From NCBI RefSeq assembly GCF_009834535.1, contig NC_045707.1:54686001-54750000 (forward strand): a stretch of 64,000 nucleotides of DNA, written 5' to 3'. This stretch comes from Camelus ferus. Its lineage: Eukaryota. A program made the position numbers and the translations under genes. Shown here one piece after another: positions 50,200 to 63,849 of this stretch; the first letter of the stretch is position 1, and every line of letters starts with the position of its first letter. The notes beneath the pieces were generated by a model. That model saw nothing but the letters and a program-made list of their open reading frames with translations, was not told the origin of the DNA and ran no database searches.

Positions 50200-51675
50200 A
50201 ACTAAAAACAAAAACAAACAGAAAATCCTATAAAGTAGCCATATGAATAAAAAGGCACATTAGCATCAAAGGCACAATAATAATATCTACTGCTCACTTT
50301 TCAACAGTAACAATAGGAACCCAGAAGACAATGGAATACTATTTTAAAACCCAGAAAGAAAATTAGTGCCAACATAAAATTCCTCACAAAGTAAAAATTA
50401 CTTTCAAAAATCAAGACAAAACGAACACATTTTTAGCACACTAAACTAAATCATTAATGGGCCAGTAGAACTTCAATAAAAGGTATCATAAAGTGGAATT
50501 CTTCAGATAGAAGGAATAAAATCTCAGCGAGAAACACAGAAATGCAAGAAGAAATGAGGGACAACAAAAGGGCATATATATATACATATATGTGTGTGTG
50601 TGTGTGTGTATGTGTGTGTCAACAAATACTGCCTTTACAAAATAATAGTGATGTCATGTACTATTTAAAAACATCTTTAATCAAAATACACAAATTAATA
50701 AAAATAGAGGTGGACATGATATAGATGTAATTAAAGAGTTCTAATCTTATAGCATTATTGGGAGAGAAGATAAACATAATTTGTTTTAAATTTTAATAAA
50801 TCTGGGAGTCATAATATTTAGATAACTAACAAGTTCATAAAGAAAAAACAAGATAAGAAAAATATTGTCTTCAAAAAAAGGCAAGAAAGGGGAGAAAAAG
50901 TAATTATTCAAAAAAACGTAATTAATATCATGCATTTCAAATAGAACACAAATAAGAAAATGATAGTTATAGCCCATATGTTTCAGCAATTACTCTAAAT
51001 CTAAGTTAACTAGTTTTTTTTTTTTAAACTATAAGATTGTCAGACTGGATAAAACATTAAAAAAAACACACAAATATATGCTGTTTACAAGGGACATACT
51101 TTAAACCTAAAGACACAGAAGTGTTAAAATGAAAAGATGGAAAAAGATGAATGTCAACCTAGTCAATGACAAGTGGTGTAGCAATACTATCATCAGACAA
51201 AGCAGACTTTAGGATAAGACATTTTTAAGAGAAAAGAGGGACCTTTCACAATGATAAAATAGTCCTCCAGGAAGATAACACAATTCTAAATCTATATGCA
51301 TCCAAATTAAATAGCTTCAAACTAAATAGAGAAAAAAAAAACTGACACAATTAGAAGGAAAAAATAGATAAACCCCAATCATAATAGAATGCTCTCAATA
51401 ACTGATTGAACAAGCAGAAAACTGTCAGTCAGGGTTCAGAGGATGTGACATCCCAATTAACAAGCTTGACCTATTCAACATCATTTACCATGCATATATG
51501 CAGTCCACAATGACAGAGTGCAGATTCTTTCCATGAAGCATCATGCAACATTGCACATATCACATTTATTGACACTGTATGCAAGAATCATCAAATTTTG
51601 TAGGATAGCAATATGTTCTCTGACCACAGTTAAATGAAGTTACTAATTAATAAGTAAAACATAATTAAAAGAATA
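50200..51675 (+). mobile_element. Ancient L1 (L1ME/L1MC-like): ORF1 end and ORF2 endonuclease remnant, containing a (TG)n run at about 50590-50619
   Basis: GAACCCAGAAGACAATGGAATACTATTTT; AGATTGTCAGACTGGATAAAA; ATATGCTGTTTACAAGGGACA; ATCAGACAAAGCAGACTTTAGG; TTCTCTGACCACA. Confidence 0.8.
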
Positions 51676-51869
51676 AATAACACATATAAAGATTATATCA
51701 TATATAATTTAAAGGGTTTTTTAAAATTTCATATACATATCAGATCAAATTTAAACTACAATCCTGCTATATACAACATTTTCTAAAATATGTTCAAATT
51801 TCAACATTTATGAAGTAACTTGATTTAACTTGACGGCATTTAATTCCTCATATTCAAGCATGAAGGCCA

Positions 51870-52080
51870 TGGGGCAGTAGTTAAGCAAACAAGATCAGTA
51901 CACTTAGTTCAGATTTTGATTCAGCTTCTTGCTAGCTAGCTGTGTGATCTTAAAAAAGGTACTTAACTCCACTAAACTTCAGTTTGCTGATCTGTAATAC
52001 AGGGATAATGATGGTGTTTATGTTATAGTCTGCTTGGGGAGATTAAAAAGATAATGCTGATGAAGTGGTTTACACATAGC
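51870..52080 (+). mobile_element. MIR SINE
   Basis: CTAGCTGTGTGATCTTAAAAAAGGTACTTAACTCC...CTTCAGTTTGCTGATCTGTAATACAGGGATAATG. Confidence 0.8.
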
Positions 52081-52163
52081 AGAAAGAAATATTTTCAGAA
52101 AATACAATGGTGTGCATTCAATACATGATATTTTCTTGTTACCCAGTCTCTCTGATTCCACAG

Positions 52164-52212
52164 AATGTAATCAGGCAAGGTGTATTTTGGAACTCTGGAG
52201 ATATGCCTCAAG
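52164..52212 (+). other. Candidate 49-nt internal exon (host transcript unknown)
   Basis: TCTCTCTGATTCCACAG| acceptor-like site and consensus AAG|GTAAGT donor. Confidence 0.3.
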
Positions 52213-52877
52213 GTAAGTATTTTTCACAACAGCGCTGTGGTAATTCTTTAATCTCCTATTTAATACATGTATTTGCCTTCAGGGAAAGGTACATTTATGA
52301 ATCCATAGCAAAACTAAAATACTGCAATAGTGAACACCATCCACTTGGTAATAAAAGTAGCTCAAAAATTATTTTCTTTTTTGTCTTTTGGTTTCTCATG
52401 TCTGAAACAAACACCATGACAGCTAGATGAACTAGTCCTCTGTTTCTTGGTCAAAGGTTCAAATCTGAAAGTATTAGAAATGTTCAAAATAAGCTATAGT
52501 GATTTGGGGGATGAAAACATTTGACCATGACGTAATCTCATAAAATAAGATGAACATTTGTTGTAAGAATTTTGATTGACTTTACTTATGGACTTATTTT
52601 TAAAGCTTTGTATTTGACTATCATTACTGTGAAATTGAAAAGATAGAAAATTTAATAAAGAAAGAGTTATGAAATCATTGGTATGTCTACTATTTTATGC
52701 TTGAGAAACTCTGAAATCTGTTAAAAATGATCTACTTCATTTTAAGTGCAACATGATCTCCACTGAGACAACTGTACGAAGTCTCTGTTGACCTAGTATA
52801 ATGTGAACAAACTGAAAAACTCCTAAATAATAAAAATACCCAAATATGAGAAATTTATTGTTTTAAAAATGTCAGTT

Positions 52878-53454
52878 TGTATTAGTTTCTGATTGCTGAA
52901 TAGTGATTACCTCAACTTTAGTGGCTTAAAACAACTAGCTCATAGTTCTGTAGGTCATGAGTTCTGCAGGCTATGCAAGCCATGACTAGATTCTCTGCTT
53001 GGGGTTTTACAGGCTAAAATCAGATTGTCAGAAGGGCTGAGCTCTAGGATAAAGGTTCTGGGGAAGAATCTGCTTCCAGTGTAATCCTGTTTTTTGGGAG
53101 GATTAAGTTCCTGTAGTTGTAGGACTAACACTCTTATTTTTCTGTAAGCAGTCATCAGGGGACTTAGCTTCCTTGTTACTTGTTATATGGTCCCTACTAT
53201 CTTCAAAGCCAACTGAGAATTTCTAATATGTAGAATCTTTCCCATTTTGAATGCTTATTTCCTCTGTCTTTGACCTCAGGTGATTTGGTCATGTCCACTG
53301 GATAATCTCCATATTTATGGTCAATTGATTTAAGGCATTATTTACATCTGCGAAATCTCTTCACAATAGTAACCTGATTAGCTTTTGATCAAGTAAGTGG
53401 AAGGAGGTATGTAAGCACCAGGCTGGGAATTGTCTTAGAATTCTGCCTAACACA
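52878..53454 (-). mobile_element. MLT1E-like MaLR solo LTR, full length
   Basis: TGTATTAGTTTCTGATTGCTG...TAGTGGCTTAAAACAAC...GGGAAGAATCTGCTTCCAG...TCTTAGAATTCTGCCTAACACA; TSD CAGTT/AAGTT. Confidence 0.9.
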
Positions 53455-53976
53455 AAGTTTAATAATATTATTGGCTTTACAAATTGAATTTTTCAACTTC
53501 ATTATTTCCTTTAAAAATTCCTAAAATAGCAGAAATGGGAAAATACTATTTTAGCTGTCATCAATTAATTTTCAAATTAGTACCTTTAATTAATTGACAA
53601 AATTGATTCTAGTAATTTTTCCTGTTTTTTTCCCCCAATTTTTGTTCATTTGAATTGACCTTTTGTGACCATCTGCAAAAACCCTGATTATGTTTTGCAT
53701 GATTGAGCTGAAAAAACACATAAAACTGCCTTAAAGAAGGGCCTACTTTATGTAAACAGAAATTTCACCTCTATTATTCAAAACATAATTCTAAATTGAT
53801 TCATTTCTGTCTACTCCTCTCATTTATCTAACTTGCGTAAGATAATCAATCAAACTTGAGGTTCTTATCTGGTTATTAAATTATTTTCTTGATTTTTCAG
53901 GTAGACAGAGTGAGGGCAGCTGAGAACTGATTAAGTATAAAATTGAATCCATAAATTCACTCCATATAACAGAATA

Positions 53977-54198
53977 AAGGGCCAGGAAACTTCTGTTAAG
54001 GCCAGATAGTAAATATTTTAGGCTTTGCAGGCCATAAGATCTCTGCTGCATTTTCTTTGTGTTTAGTTTCTTTCTTTCTTTCTTTCTTTCTTTTTATAGC
54101 CTTTTAAAAATGTAAAAGACATTCTTGCACCATGGACTGTATCAAACCAAACCACGGTTCAAGTTTGGCTAAGAGGACAACAGTTGGCCAACTACTCT
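53977..54198 (+). mobile_element. MER58B/C-like hAT MITE with internal (TTTC)n
   Basis: GGCCAGATAGTAAATATTTTAGGCTTTGCAGGCCATA...TTTTAAAAATGTAAAAGACATTCTT...CAGTTGGCCAACTACT. Confidence 0.85.
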
Positions 54199-54269
54199 AA
54201 AAAGAGAAAAGGAATATAGTGAACAATCAACAAGTAATCTTCCTATTATTATTGTTATTTTAATATCAT

Positions 54270-54460
54270 TTAAAATTTACTTAGTGTTTGTTATGTGCCA
54301 GATTTTGATTTACATGTATTATGTTGGGAAGAAGGCATATTTTTATGCTCACATAACCGATGAGGAAGTTTAAGCTAAAAGAGACTGAGCAAGTTGTCCA
54401 AGGGCAAAACACTACTAAATAGTGCTGCCAGTACTAGACAACCAACTCTACACTTTTAAT
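54270..54460 (-). mobile_element. MIR SINE fragment
   Basis: TATGTGCCAG...CCGATGAGGAAGTTTAAGCT...GAGCAAGTTGTCCAAGG. Confidence 0.65.
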
Positions 54461-55189
54461 CTGTATACCTGAAACTGTAACTACATACACATTAAATAGC
54501 AAGATGAACAGTAAAATAATTCCAAAAAAAGATATATTACTTTTGCAAGCCTTGAAGATGAATTATTAAACGTCTTAAGATTTTAGAGTATATAAGGTTT
54601 TCATTTCTGATGTAATAATATTGCTGTGAGACAAAAAGCAAAATTTCCTATTTCAAAAAAGAGTACAGAATTCCAAAGAAAAAAATATTTGCAGGCACTA
54701 ATAACTGGTTATTTCTGTTGTATTATGAAGGCCAGCTCATCTTTGAAAAATATTAATCAATTATTTTCTGACACTTTGAAAAACAACTAGTGCCTATAAT
54801 TTACTTTCCAAGCAGAGAAAGTTAGAGCTGCTTTAGATGTGGAGACAATAGTTTTCTTTTCCCTCAGGACCTTCCAAGTGATATTTCTTAATATACCTAG
54901 TGAAAAATTGTATGTTCTAAATACTCCTTTACATAAAGGATTATTTACTTTATTGGTAAAAAAAATATAAAATGATCATATCCATTAGACATACATTTTT
55001 ATAAGGAAAATTATTGACTCTGTTTATTGAAATTACTCTGAAAGTCCCTAAGGAAATCTTGTTCAAAGAGGTATAAGATATATATACTTTTTAGTGTTCT
55101 AAAGTAGCTGAGTACAAACCTAATCTTTTCTTTTTTAACTTCTTGTGAGAGCCTGAGTTTTTAAATTGCAAAGACTTGAGTGGAGCTAG

Positions 55190-57097
55190 TCCAGAAAACT
55201 TATAAATGCAATTTATGTTATGCAACTCATACAACAATTTAGATTAAGTAGACAAATTTCTTGGAAGACACACTCACGATCAAAATCAACACAAAAGTAA
55301 TAAAAAACCCAAAGGCGTAAAGAAGTTGAAATTTTAACTGGAAATCCATCTTACAAAAAAAAAGCTCCAGTCACAGATGCCTCTATTGGTGGATTTGCTC
55401 AAGTAGTTAATTTTACACAATCTTGTTCATAAAATAAAGGATGTTGAGAACTTTCCCCAATTCATTTTATAAGGCTAGTATTAGTTGATATTAAAACCTT
55501 ATAAAGTCATAATTTTTTTAAACAATAGACCAATGTCCTTCAGGAAAGTAGAAATGAAAATTCCCTAAATATACTAAAAAACAGAACCTAGATATAACGA
55601 AGAATAAAACATAAGCAGCTGTGATATATCCCATAAGTGCAAAGTAGGTTTAAAATTTAAACATTAGTTAATATGATCTATTACAATAACAACGTAAAGC
55701 AGAAAACAACAGATGACCAAAAAGAAATTTGTAAAATTCTACACATTATGAGGAAAACTCTCTGCAAAATAAGAACAAAAGAGAACCTTCTTGGACGTTG
55801 TTTAAAAGACATTATCATAAACCTGTAGCTATCATCAGACTTAATGATATCCACATAAGATCAAGAAAAAGACATGGATTTCAATCTTCTTACTTTTATT
55901 CAACATTTTATTTGGAGGTCTACTCAATACAATATGACAAGAAGAATAAGTAAAAGCCAGATAAATAATCAGACAAGATGATCGTATAGGAAGAAGATCT
56001 TAAAAAAATCTCCCAAATAGCTACCAGCTTTGATAAGGAGGCAGTATACAAGGTCAAAATATAAAATTTAATTGTATGTCTGTATACTAGCAATCAAAAA
56101 CAGGAAAATAAAAATGGACTATTTATAATAACATTCAAAAACATGAAGTACTTAGGAATAAACTTAACAAAGATGTATATAAAAGTTACCAAAGATAAAT
56201 AACAAAATTGATAGAGGGATATATTTATGTCTTCAAAGACTCAATGTTGCTGAAATATCAATTTCCCCAAGTTGATCTACAGATTAAACACATTCCTAAT
56301 CAAAATCCTAGCAGGTTTTTTTTTGGGGGGGGGGGAATTAATATAATGATTGACAAATGTAAAAGAATACGCAGAGGCTTAGAAAAGCCAAAATAATTTT
56401 GAAAAAGAATGAAGTTGGATCATTTACATTGCTTTATATTAGAACTGACAAAGGTATAGTAACCAAGAAAGTGTGATGTTACCTAAAGATGAATGAATGG
56501 ACCAAATGAACAAGAGTCCACAAAGAGAATTACAGTTATCTAGTTATTTAAGGAAAATGTAAACGTATGTCCTATAATTGAACCCCTCGTGACATTAATG
56601 AGCTCCTCATGACATTAACATTAATAGTAGCTTCATTCATAATAACCCAAACCAGGAAATAATACAATTGTCCATCACAGTAAATTAATAAACAAATTGT
56701 GCTATATCAATACTGTGGAATACAACTCAGCCAAAAAGAAAAAAAAAAAAAGGAACAAATGACAAATTCATGCTATAACACATTGAATCTAAAAAATATT
56801 ATGCTAAGCAAAAAAGACAGAAAAAAGAGTATTTATTGTATGACTCTATTTATATGAAGTTCTAGGACTGGCAAAATTAATATTTAATGACATATGGCAG
56901 ATCAGTGGTTTCTTGGGGATAGTAGTGTGATCAGGTTAAAGTGAGGGAGTCACAAGAGAACTTCTGGGCTGAAAATCCTTGTCTTTATCTTGATTGTGAT
57001 GGTCAATACACTGGTGAATATGGCTGTTAAATCTGATCAAACTGTCCAGTTATCTTGGATGTATTTTATTGTATGCAAATTGTACTTCAGTAAAGTT
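55190..57097 (+). mobile_element. Ancient L1 (L1ME-like): ORF2 RT pieces plus 3' UTR
   Basis: GACAAATTTCTTGGAAGACA; CAATTCATTTTATAAGGCTAG; AAGATCAAGAAAAAGAC; GTACTTAGGAATAAACTTAACAAAGATGT; UTR end TTTTATTGTATGCAAATTGTACTTCAGTAAAG. Confidence 0.85.
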
Positions 57098-59584
57098 AGA
57101 ATAAGAGAAAGTTGCAAAAATTACATACCTAAGTCTAGCCTCACCTTGCTTGTTGATCTGCTCATCACCTATTTCAAACTTTTGACTATATGACTATTTT
57201 TCGCCAAACTTTCCAAAAATTTTAGTGCCAATCTTTTATCATAATTTTTCTTGTCATGTTGATCAGTCTTTTACTTTTGATATTTAATACACTGTACCTT
57301 TATTCTCTAGAATAGAGTTTATAAATAAATCTGATGCCCCTTTTTTCATATTTACCTCTTTCTGTGTGTAGTATGCAGTACAGATGACCATAATTTCTAC
57401 TGACATACCTCAATTCATAGTATGACAAATTCCAGGGAACCCAGAAATCAGAGTAGAATGACATCTATTTATGTACATAGAAACCTGCATTGAAGTGATG
57501 GTACTATTATTTTTTAATTTAATTTGCTGAAAAATGATTAAATCAGTTGGAGCTATATCTTCTTCCCTACTAAACCTACATTTCCAAACTAGGTAATAAT
57601 TTATTTCCTTTTAGACATTTGACTTTAATAATGACCATCACAACCATAACCATCACAGCCATCATAGCTAATATTACCAACATGTTGTGCCAGGCACTGT
57701 GCAAATATCTTCTTCTTTGCTTTCTTTTTTTTTTTTTTCTTTGCTTTCTTTAGTATTTTCACATGAACTTTTTATTTGTAAATCATAGTCCAAATTAGTG
57801 AGACTCATCTCATTTTTTTCATTTCATGCAAGAATTTCCTCGTTATGGCTACTTTCTAATCTATGTCTGTAAGATTAAAAGGAATATCCCTAGAGTATAA
57901 AAATAATAAACATATAAAAGCCATAGTAAAAATAAGATACACTGATCTAAATCCTTATGTTTGAACATAATGGGATTCCACTGCATAAAGTAATAGGGTT
58001 TTTCTCTGGGCCTAGGAAATTTTTTTGTAAAGAAGACGTGCTTGCACAGAATTTTGACTTAAAATACAAGTTAACTGGGCTCTTTAAGAACGTTTCATGG
58101 CATGCCTTCCTACAATTCCTCCTCTAAGTTGACTCATAAGGCATGTAGAAGAAATGTCAAGAAATTCATCTTAGACTCAAAGCTGTGATTTTGATGTATA
58201 AACTTTCATAAAAGCATTTACATGTTTGTGCCCCAGGCTGAAAAACATCTAAAAAGCCAGCCAAAGTTCTTGTTAGCCAGCAAAATAAAATGTAATGTTT
58301 ATTTACAGTTATCAGAGTAGACAGTTTGTACCTATTCTCAAAGCTGCTGTAAGAATGGGAGAGTGTGTGCATATCCTAATGGATGTCATGGGAGTTTAGA
58401 GGAAAGTTGCCATTTTATCAGAGGAGACACTGCTGACCCTGTAAAGGTGAAAGCTGGGAACAGAACAGGGATAGAGCAGGCTGCTTTCTCAGGAGAATGG
58501 ATGCACGAGGGAAAGCATCTAACTATATATATGCAGAAGGGAATACGTGAAAGAGATTCAAGTTTCTGCCTAAAAATAACACATAGAGCTCTAGCCACAG
58601 GCCTTTACAACTTCAGTCCTTCAAGTGACTTAAAAATCAACTTGAATTGAGCTCCCCAAAACTGACTTACTCTAAAACCAATTTAACTTTACTGGACTTT
58701 AGTCAGGGACTATCTGTAAAACATATTGCACACAATTCACAGTTTAGTGCATAAAATGATAAGATAGTCCCCACAAGAGACAGATTTGGTTTGAACCGTA
58801 ATGTTCAGTGATTCATATAAATTATAATAGCCTCTGAGAGTGAAAGATTATGAGTTTTATAATAGGTCTTGAAAAATCTTGTATTTATTCTTTACATACG
58901 CAATCCAGATTACTGACTGGGTATTTAATGACCATAGTCTCAGACAGTCTCAGCTGTGATTCCAGGAGTCAATGAAAATATAATTATTTCCATCCTGGCA
59001 AGATGAAATTGCTAGGGGGGCATCATTTACGAAGGCATCAAGCTAACTGTTTTCTCAAAGAGAGTAAAAGGATATGAGTGGAGTCAAGTGCATACGGACC
59101 TCCAAAGAGAGCCATCCTCCCTCAAAACAGAAAAAAAAAAAGAAAAGAAAAGAAAGAAAAAGCTGGTATTTTAAAGTACACACATCACACATACATGGGA
59201 CAAAACTTCAGGCTAAAGGAAGCGAATGACTGACTGGAAGGGAGGAGGGAGTATTTGATATAGGCAGTAAGTAACCCCTGGGTGCCATTTGCCAAAGTAT
59301 TTTCGTCGAAATACATATCCTGTGAGATGTTCTTTGAATAGGATTTTCCCCAGTTAAATGTGTTGAGTAAACTACACAATATATTTCTCTTACTGATGCA
59401 AAATATCTTTAGAATACGTAAGCCTTTGAGTTCCAAAGGACAGGAATGTTTAGCACTTCATTGTTCTACAGCGAGGACATATTTTGGGACCTCATACCAT
59501 AGAATATTTCTTATTTGACAAGGGGAATCTTCCTTGAAGGTTTTACTATTTCTGCGGTTTAAGAGCCCTAATCCAGGAGAGTGC

Positions 59585-60030
59585 ATAAATAAATGGAATA
59601 GTTTAACAATAGAATGTTATATACCCAGGAAAATAAATTATAGCTGCATACACTAATATGAATACAGCTTTCAAGAAAACTTAAGCTATATATATATGTC
59701 ACAAATGTATATATAGTATAAGTTTATTTATATAAAGTTAAAAAAGACAAACCAGCAATTATGTTATTTAAAGACATACATAGATAATAAATACTAAAAA
59801 GAAGAGTGATTATCACAAAAGTCAGAATAGTGGTTATCTGTGAGGGAAAGAAGAGAGGTGTGTGATACACCAGAGGCACATGTGTGGAGAACAGGAGAAC
59901 AGAGGGTCTTCTAAGGTACTGGCAATGTTCTATTTCTCAACCTGGATGATAGTTATATGAATGTTTATCATTATTCTTTATACTGTACATATATATTTAT
60001 ATACAGCTTTAGTTTGTAAATATGCATCAC
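59585..60030 (+). mobile_element. L1ME-like 3' UTR remnant
   Basis: CACAAAAGTCAGAATAGTGGTTATCT...GGTACTGGCAATGTTCTATTTCTCAACCTGGATG. Confidence 0.75.
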
Positions 60031-62174
60031 ATGTGCACACACACACACAGGCACACACACGCATACACACAATCAAGCTCTACAGCACAGCAGCAATAAG
60101 GCATTCCTGGGCTGCAAAAGGTGAATTTTCTGAGTATGTAAATGGGAAAATGAACTGCTCAGAAATATTTCCTGGATTTTTATGGTAGGTATTAAGAATA
60201 AATATAGCTGAAGTTATTGACATATATAATACTGTCATTTAAACTCTAATTGGAACAACTGCAGAAACTGAATAAGCTGGTCAGTAGTTACATCAAGTGA
60301 TACACAGAATGGTATGGAAAAGTATAGAATACAGATCAGTACATGACAAAGAAGATCACGTAATGAAATATAGCCAAGATAATAAAAGAAGTGCATTTAG
60401 ACTAGGAATTAGGGCAGAAATGTAAAGCTTTCTGTTAATTATATACTAAAGAAGGGTTTGATTTAATACTGAAAAAAATCAGTATAGGAAAATTATTATT
60501 CAAATATATGAGAGTTGATATAGTCACAAATTTTCTGCAGGAAAAATGACAGTAATCCAATCAAAATTTAGGCAAGTTAGGGGAATTTTTGTCTTCTCTA
60601 ATTAATACATAGGAAGAAAAGGAGGGTACTGATCTGAGGGGTTCTTGAATGAGGAATTCGAACATAATCAAATCTCTCCATATTTAATTCTCTCTCTTTC
60701 TTTTACTATTCTGTTTTTATTTTCTCTTTCTCTGAATTTATTATTTTTTTGTTATTTAGGAAATAAGAGGCAGTGGCACGGGAGGGGGGCTGAGAATTTC
60801 TATGTAATACTGTATTATGTATGTATGTAATATACATCACACGTACACATTAACAATTCTTGGCTCTGCTTCTCTTTCACAAATGACATAAGACAGTTGA
60901 GGCTTACGGTGTCCTAGAGAAACCTGTAAACTGATTTCTGTGTGCCTCAACTGTTTATAGGCTCTACCTCCGACCCGGTCATCTGGTGATATCCAACCAC
61001 TGCAGGGTTTTACTGTAGCCACTATCGCTGTTGTTCCTCTATTTTCTCTTTAGAACACCGACTCCTCTTCATTTACATTTTGTTACTCTCCTGTTTCCCT
61101 CTCTTTATTTAACATTCTGGTCCATCAGCAAATTCTTGCAGTACCACCTCCCAGCCAGCTCTCAGACCTTTTACCATGTTCCAAGAACATGGTGAGGTTG
61201 ATCATTGTGTCTCACCTAGGTTATTTCATAGCCTCTAATTTGACTCCCTACAAGGTATTTTTGCATTTTCCCTATTGTATTCTATGTTAGAATAGCATTT
61301 ATTGAAAATAATATTAATACGTAATACGATTTTCCTTAGCAATTCTGTGCATCTCCCCATACACACACTTATTTTTGGCAATTACCTTGTAGCCATGTCA
61401 CAGAATGATGCTTGGACTCACTTAACTTAGGCTTTTTTTTTTTTAGTTCTTAATGAGGTTCAGTTTTATACGAAGGAGCAGTCAGGGAAGAACCTCTAGG
61501 GACTTCATATTCTATTGCATCTTCATCCTTGTAAAATGTATTATTAGAAATAATCTTGGTATGTTCTTTTTTAATACATTACTTAGTATAACCCCTAAGC
61601 ATATCAAGATTCCTTTCAAACTATTTTGATTTGTTATGATTATTATAGCTAAAGTTAAACTCAAAAGTCAGATGCACCTGGAGAATTTTTCCATCTCCCT
61701 TTAGCTTGCCAAGTACTGGCCTAACAAGACTGAGTTAACTCAGCATAAAAATAAAATAACACTTGCCACCTAACTCCAGAGATATCCCTTTCTACAAGGC
61801 CATTTCCTAGATCAAGAATTTCCCATTATACCATAGTATCCTGGATTATCTCTGTATCCTCTCCTTATAGACACAGCACAGAGGAATTCTTTCCTTCGAA
61901 TTCTCTATGATGTGTCTACTTCATCTATGTCCTGTCAGACGCAGTATTGAATGTTTGTGTCTCAATTGCCCAACAGTTTCACTAGGCCTTAGCTATTGGC
62001 TTTGCCCTCTCATTCTTTCTCTCTTTACATATAGACACACGCAAATCACAAATGCATGTGTACGAGGTTGTACATTTCTAGGTAATCCACTCTCATAGTT
62101 TGAATTTTCTTATTGTCTTACTTTTTATATTGCTTTTATAAAATAAGTATCAGAATTTTCCAAAACAGTGGAAT

Positions 62175-63269
62175 TAAAAGATAAGCCACAGATTCAAAGA
62201 AAAATATTTGCAAAAAATCATATCTAATAAAGGATTTTATCCAAAATATATAAAGAACTCTTAAAACTCAATCATAAGAAAATAGACATGATTTAAAAAT
62301 GAGCATAAGACCTTAACAGATCTTACCAAAGAAGATACACAGAACACAAAGAAGTATACAAAAAGATGCTCCATATCACACGTCATCAGGGAAATGCAAA
62401 TTAAAACAATGAGACACCACTTCACACCTATTAGAATGATTAAAATCCAAAACACTGACACCATCATATGTTGATCAGGATTGTGGAGTAGAGAAACTCT
62501 CATTCATTGCTGGTGAGAATGCAAAACAGTACAGCTACCTTGGAAGACAGTTTGTGGTTTCTTACAAAACTAAACATACTCTTATCATATGATCTAGCAA
62601 TTGTGCTCCCTGGTATTTATCAAAAAGACTAGAAAATTCATGTCCACAAAAACTTGCACAAGGATGTTTATAACATATGTATTTATAATAGCCAACACTT
62701 GGAAGCAACCAAGAGGTCCTTAGCAATGAATGGATAAGTAAACTTTGGTACATCCAGACAATGGGATATTATTCAGTGCTGAAAAGAAATGGCCATCAAG
62801 CCATGAAAGAACATGGAGGAAACTTATGTGCATATTAGTAAGTAGAAGCCAATCTGAAAAGGCTACTATATGATTCTAATTAAATGACATTCTGGAAAAG
62901 GCAAAACTGTGGAGGCAAAAGATGAGTGGTTTCCAGAGGTGGGAGAAAAAGAAGATAAAGAGAGCAGAAAAGATTTTCAGGGCAGTAAAAGTACTCTGCA
63001 TGATATAATGACAAGTATATGTTCTTATACATTTGTCCAAACACATAGAATGTACAGCACCGAGAGTGAACCGTAAAGTAAACTGTGGAATTCTGTAATT
63101 ATAATGTATCAACATAGGATCATCCTTGGTATAAAATATACCATTCTGGTGCTATTGATAATGGGGGAGCCTATGTACGCAGTAGGGCAGGAAGTATATA
63201 GGAAATCTCTATACCTTTCTCTTAATTTTATTATAAACCTAAAACTGCTTAAAAATAAAATCTTAAAAA
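62175..63269 (+). mobile_element. L1MC1-like LINE: ORF2 3' end plus 3' UTR
   Basis: GGAAATGCAAATTAAAACAATGAGACACCACTTCACACCTATTAGAATG...GTACAGCACCGAGAGTGAACCGTAAAGTAAACTGTGG...TAAACCTAAAACTGCTTAAAAATAAAA; similar to the 20460-21513 copy. Confidence 0.92.
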
Positions 63270-63849
63270 GTTTCCAAAAAGTGGGAACTTCTCTGATGAC
63301 TTAATATTGAGTTTGGTGAGTGCATAGAGGAATACTGTGATAGTAGTAAGAGAAGTAGCATCAAGAGAGAGTTTTTGTTAAGATGAAAGAGATAACAGTA
63401 TGTTTTTATTCTGATGGACAAGTTGATAGATGAAGATGGGTGAAGAACTGCTGAACAAAATGTTTGAATAGACAATAATGGAAAAACACGACTGAATTAT
63501 TAATATGTGCAACAACATTTAACAAGCCAACTACAAAAACCTAAAAGGCACTTTAAAATAAAGTAAAGCATAATTCTTTCTATTGACTCTAATTTTTGTC
63601 TTAGTAAAAACTATGCCAAAATGTTTTCCTTCACAGCAGGATTTGATGGGCTACCTCTAAGGTAAAGAATAAACACATTTTGAAGATCAGCATTCATGAA
63701 ATAAGAGAAACTAGTACACTATTCAACTACGTTCTGCTTCTGAAGGTGTGCTTCATAGTAAATGACTGACCTCAGGGAATTGGGGGAAAATAATTATGAT
63801 GAATTAGTAAAAAGTATGAGCTCCACAAGGACCAAAAACGGAAGAGTCC

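Noticed and set aside
58166..58650. Overlapping ORFs on both strands in unique sequence
   Set aside because: No recognisable protein motif or convincing splice sites; may be regulatory DNA, but I cannot support a specific call.
20460..63269. Two L1MC1-like copies in opposite orientation as ends of a large composite element
   Set aside because: Old, diverged, independently truncated copies about 41 kb apart with no shared TSD.
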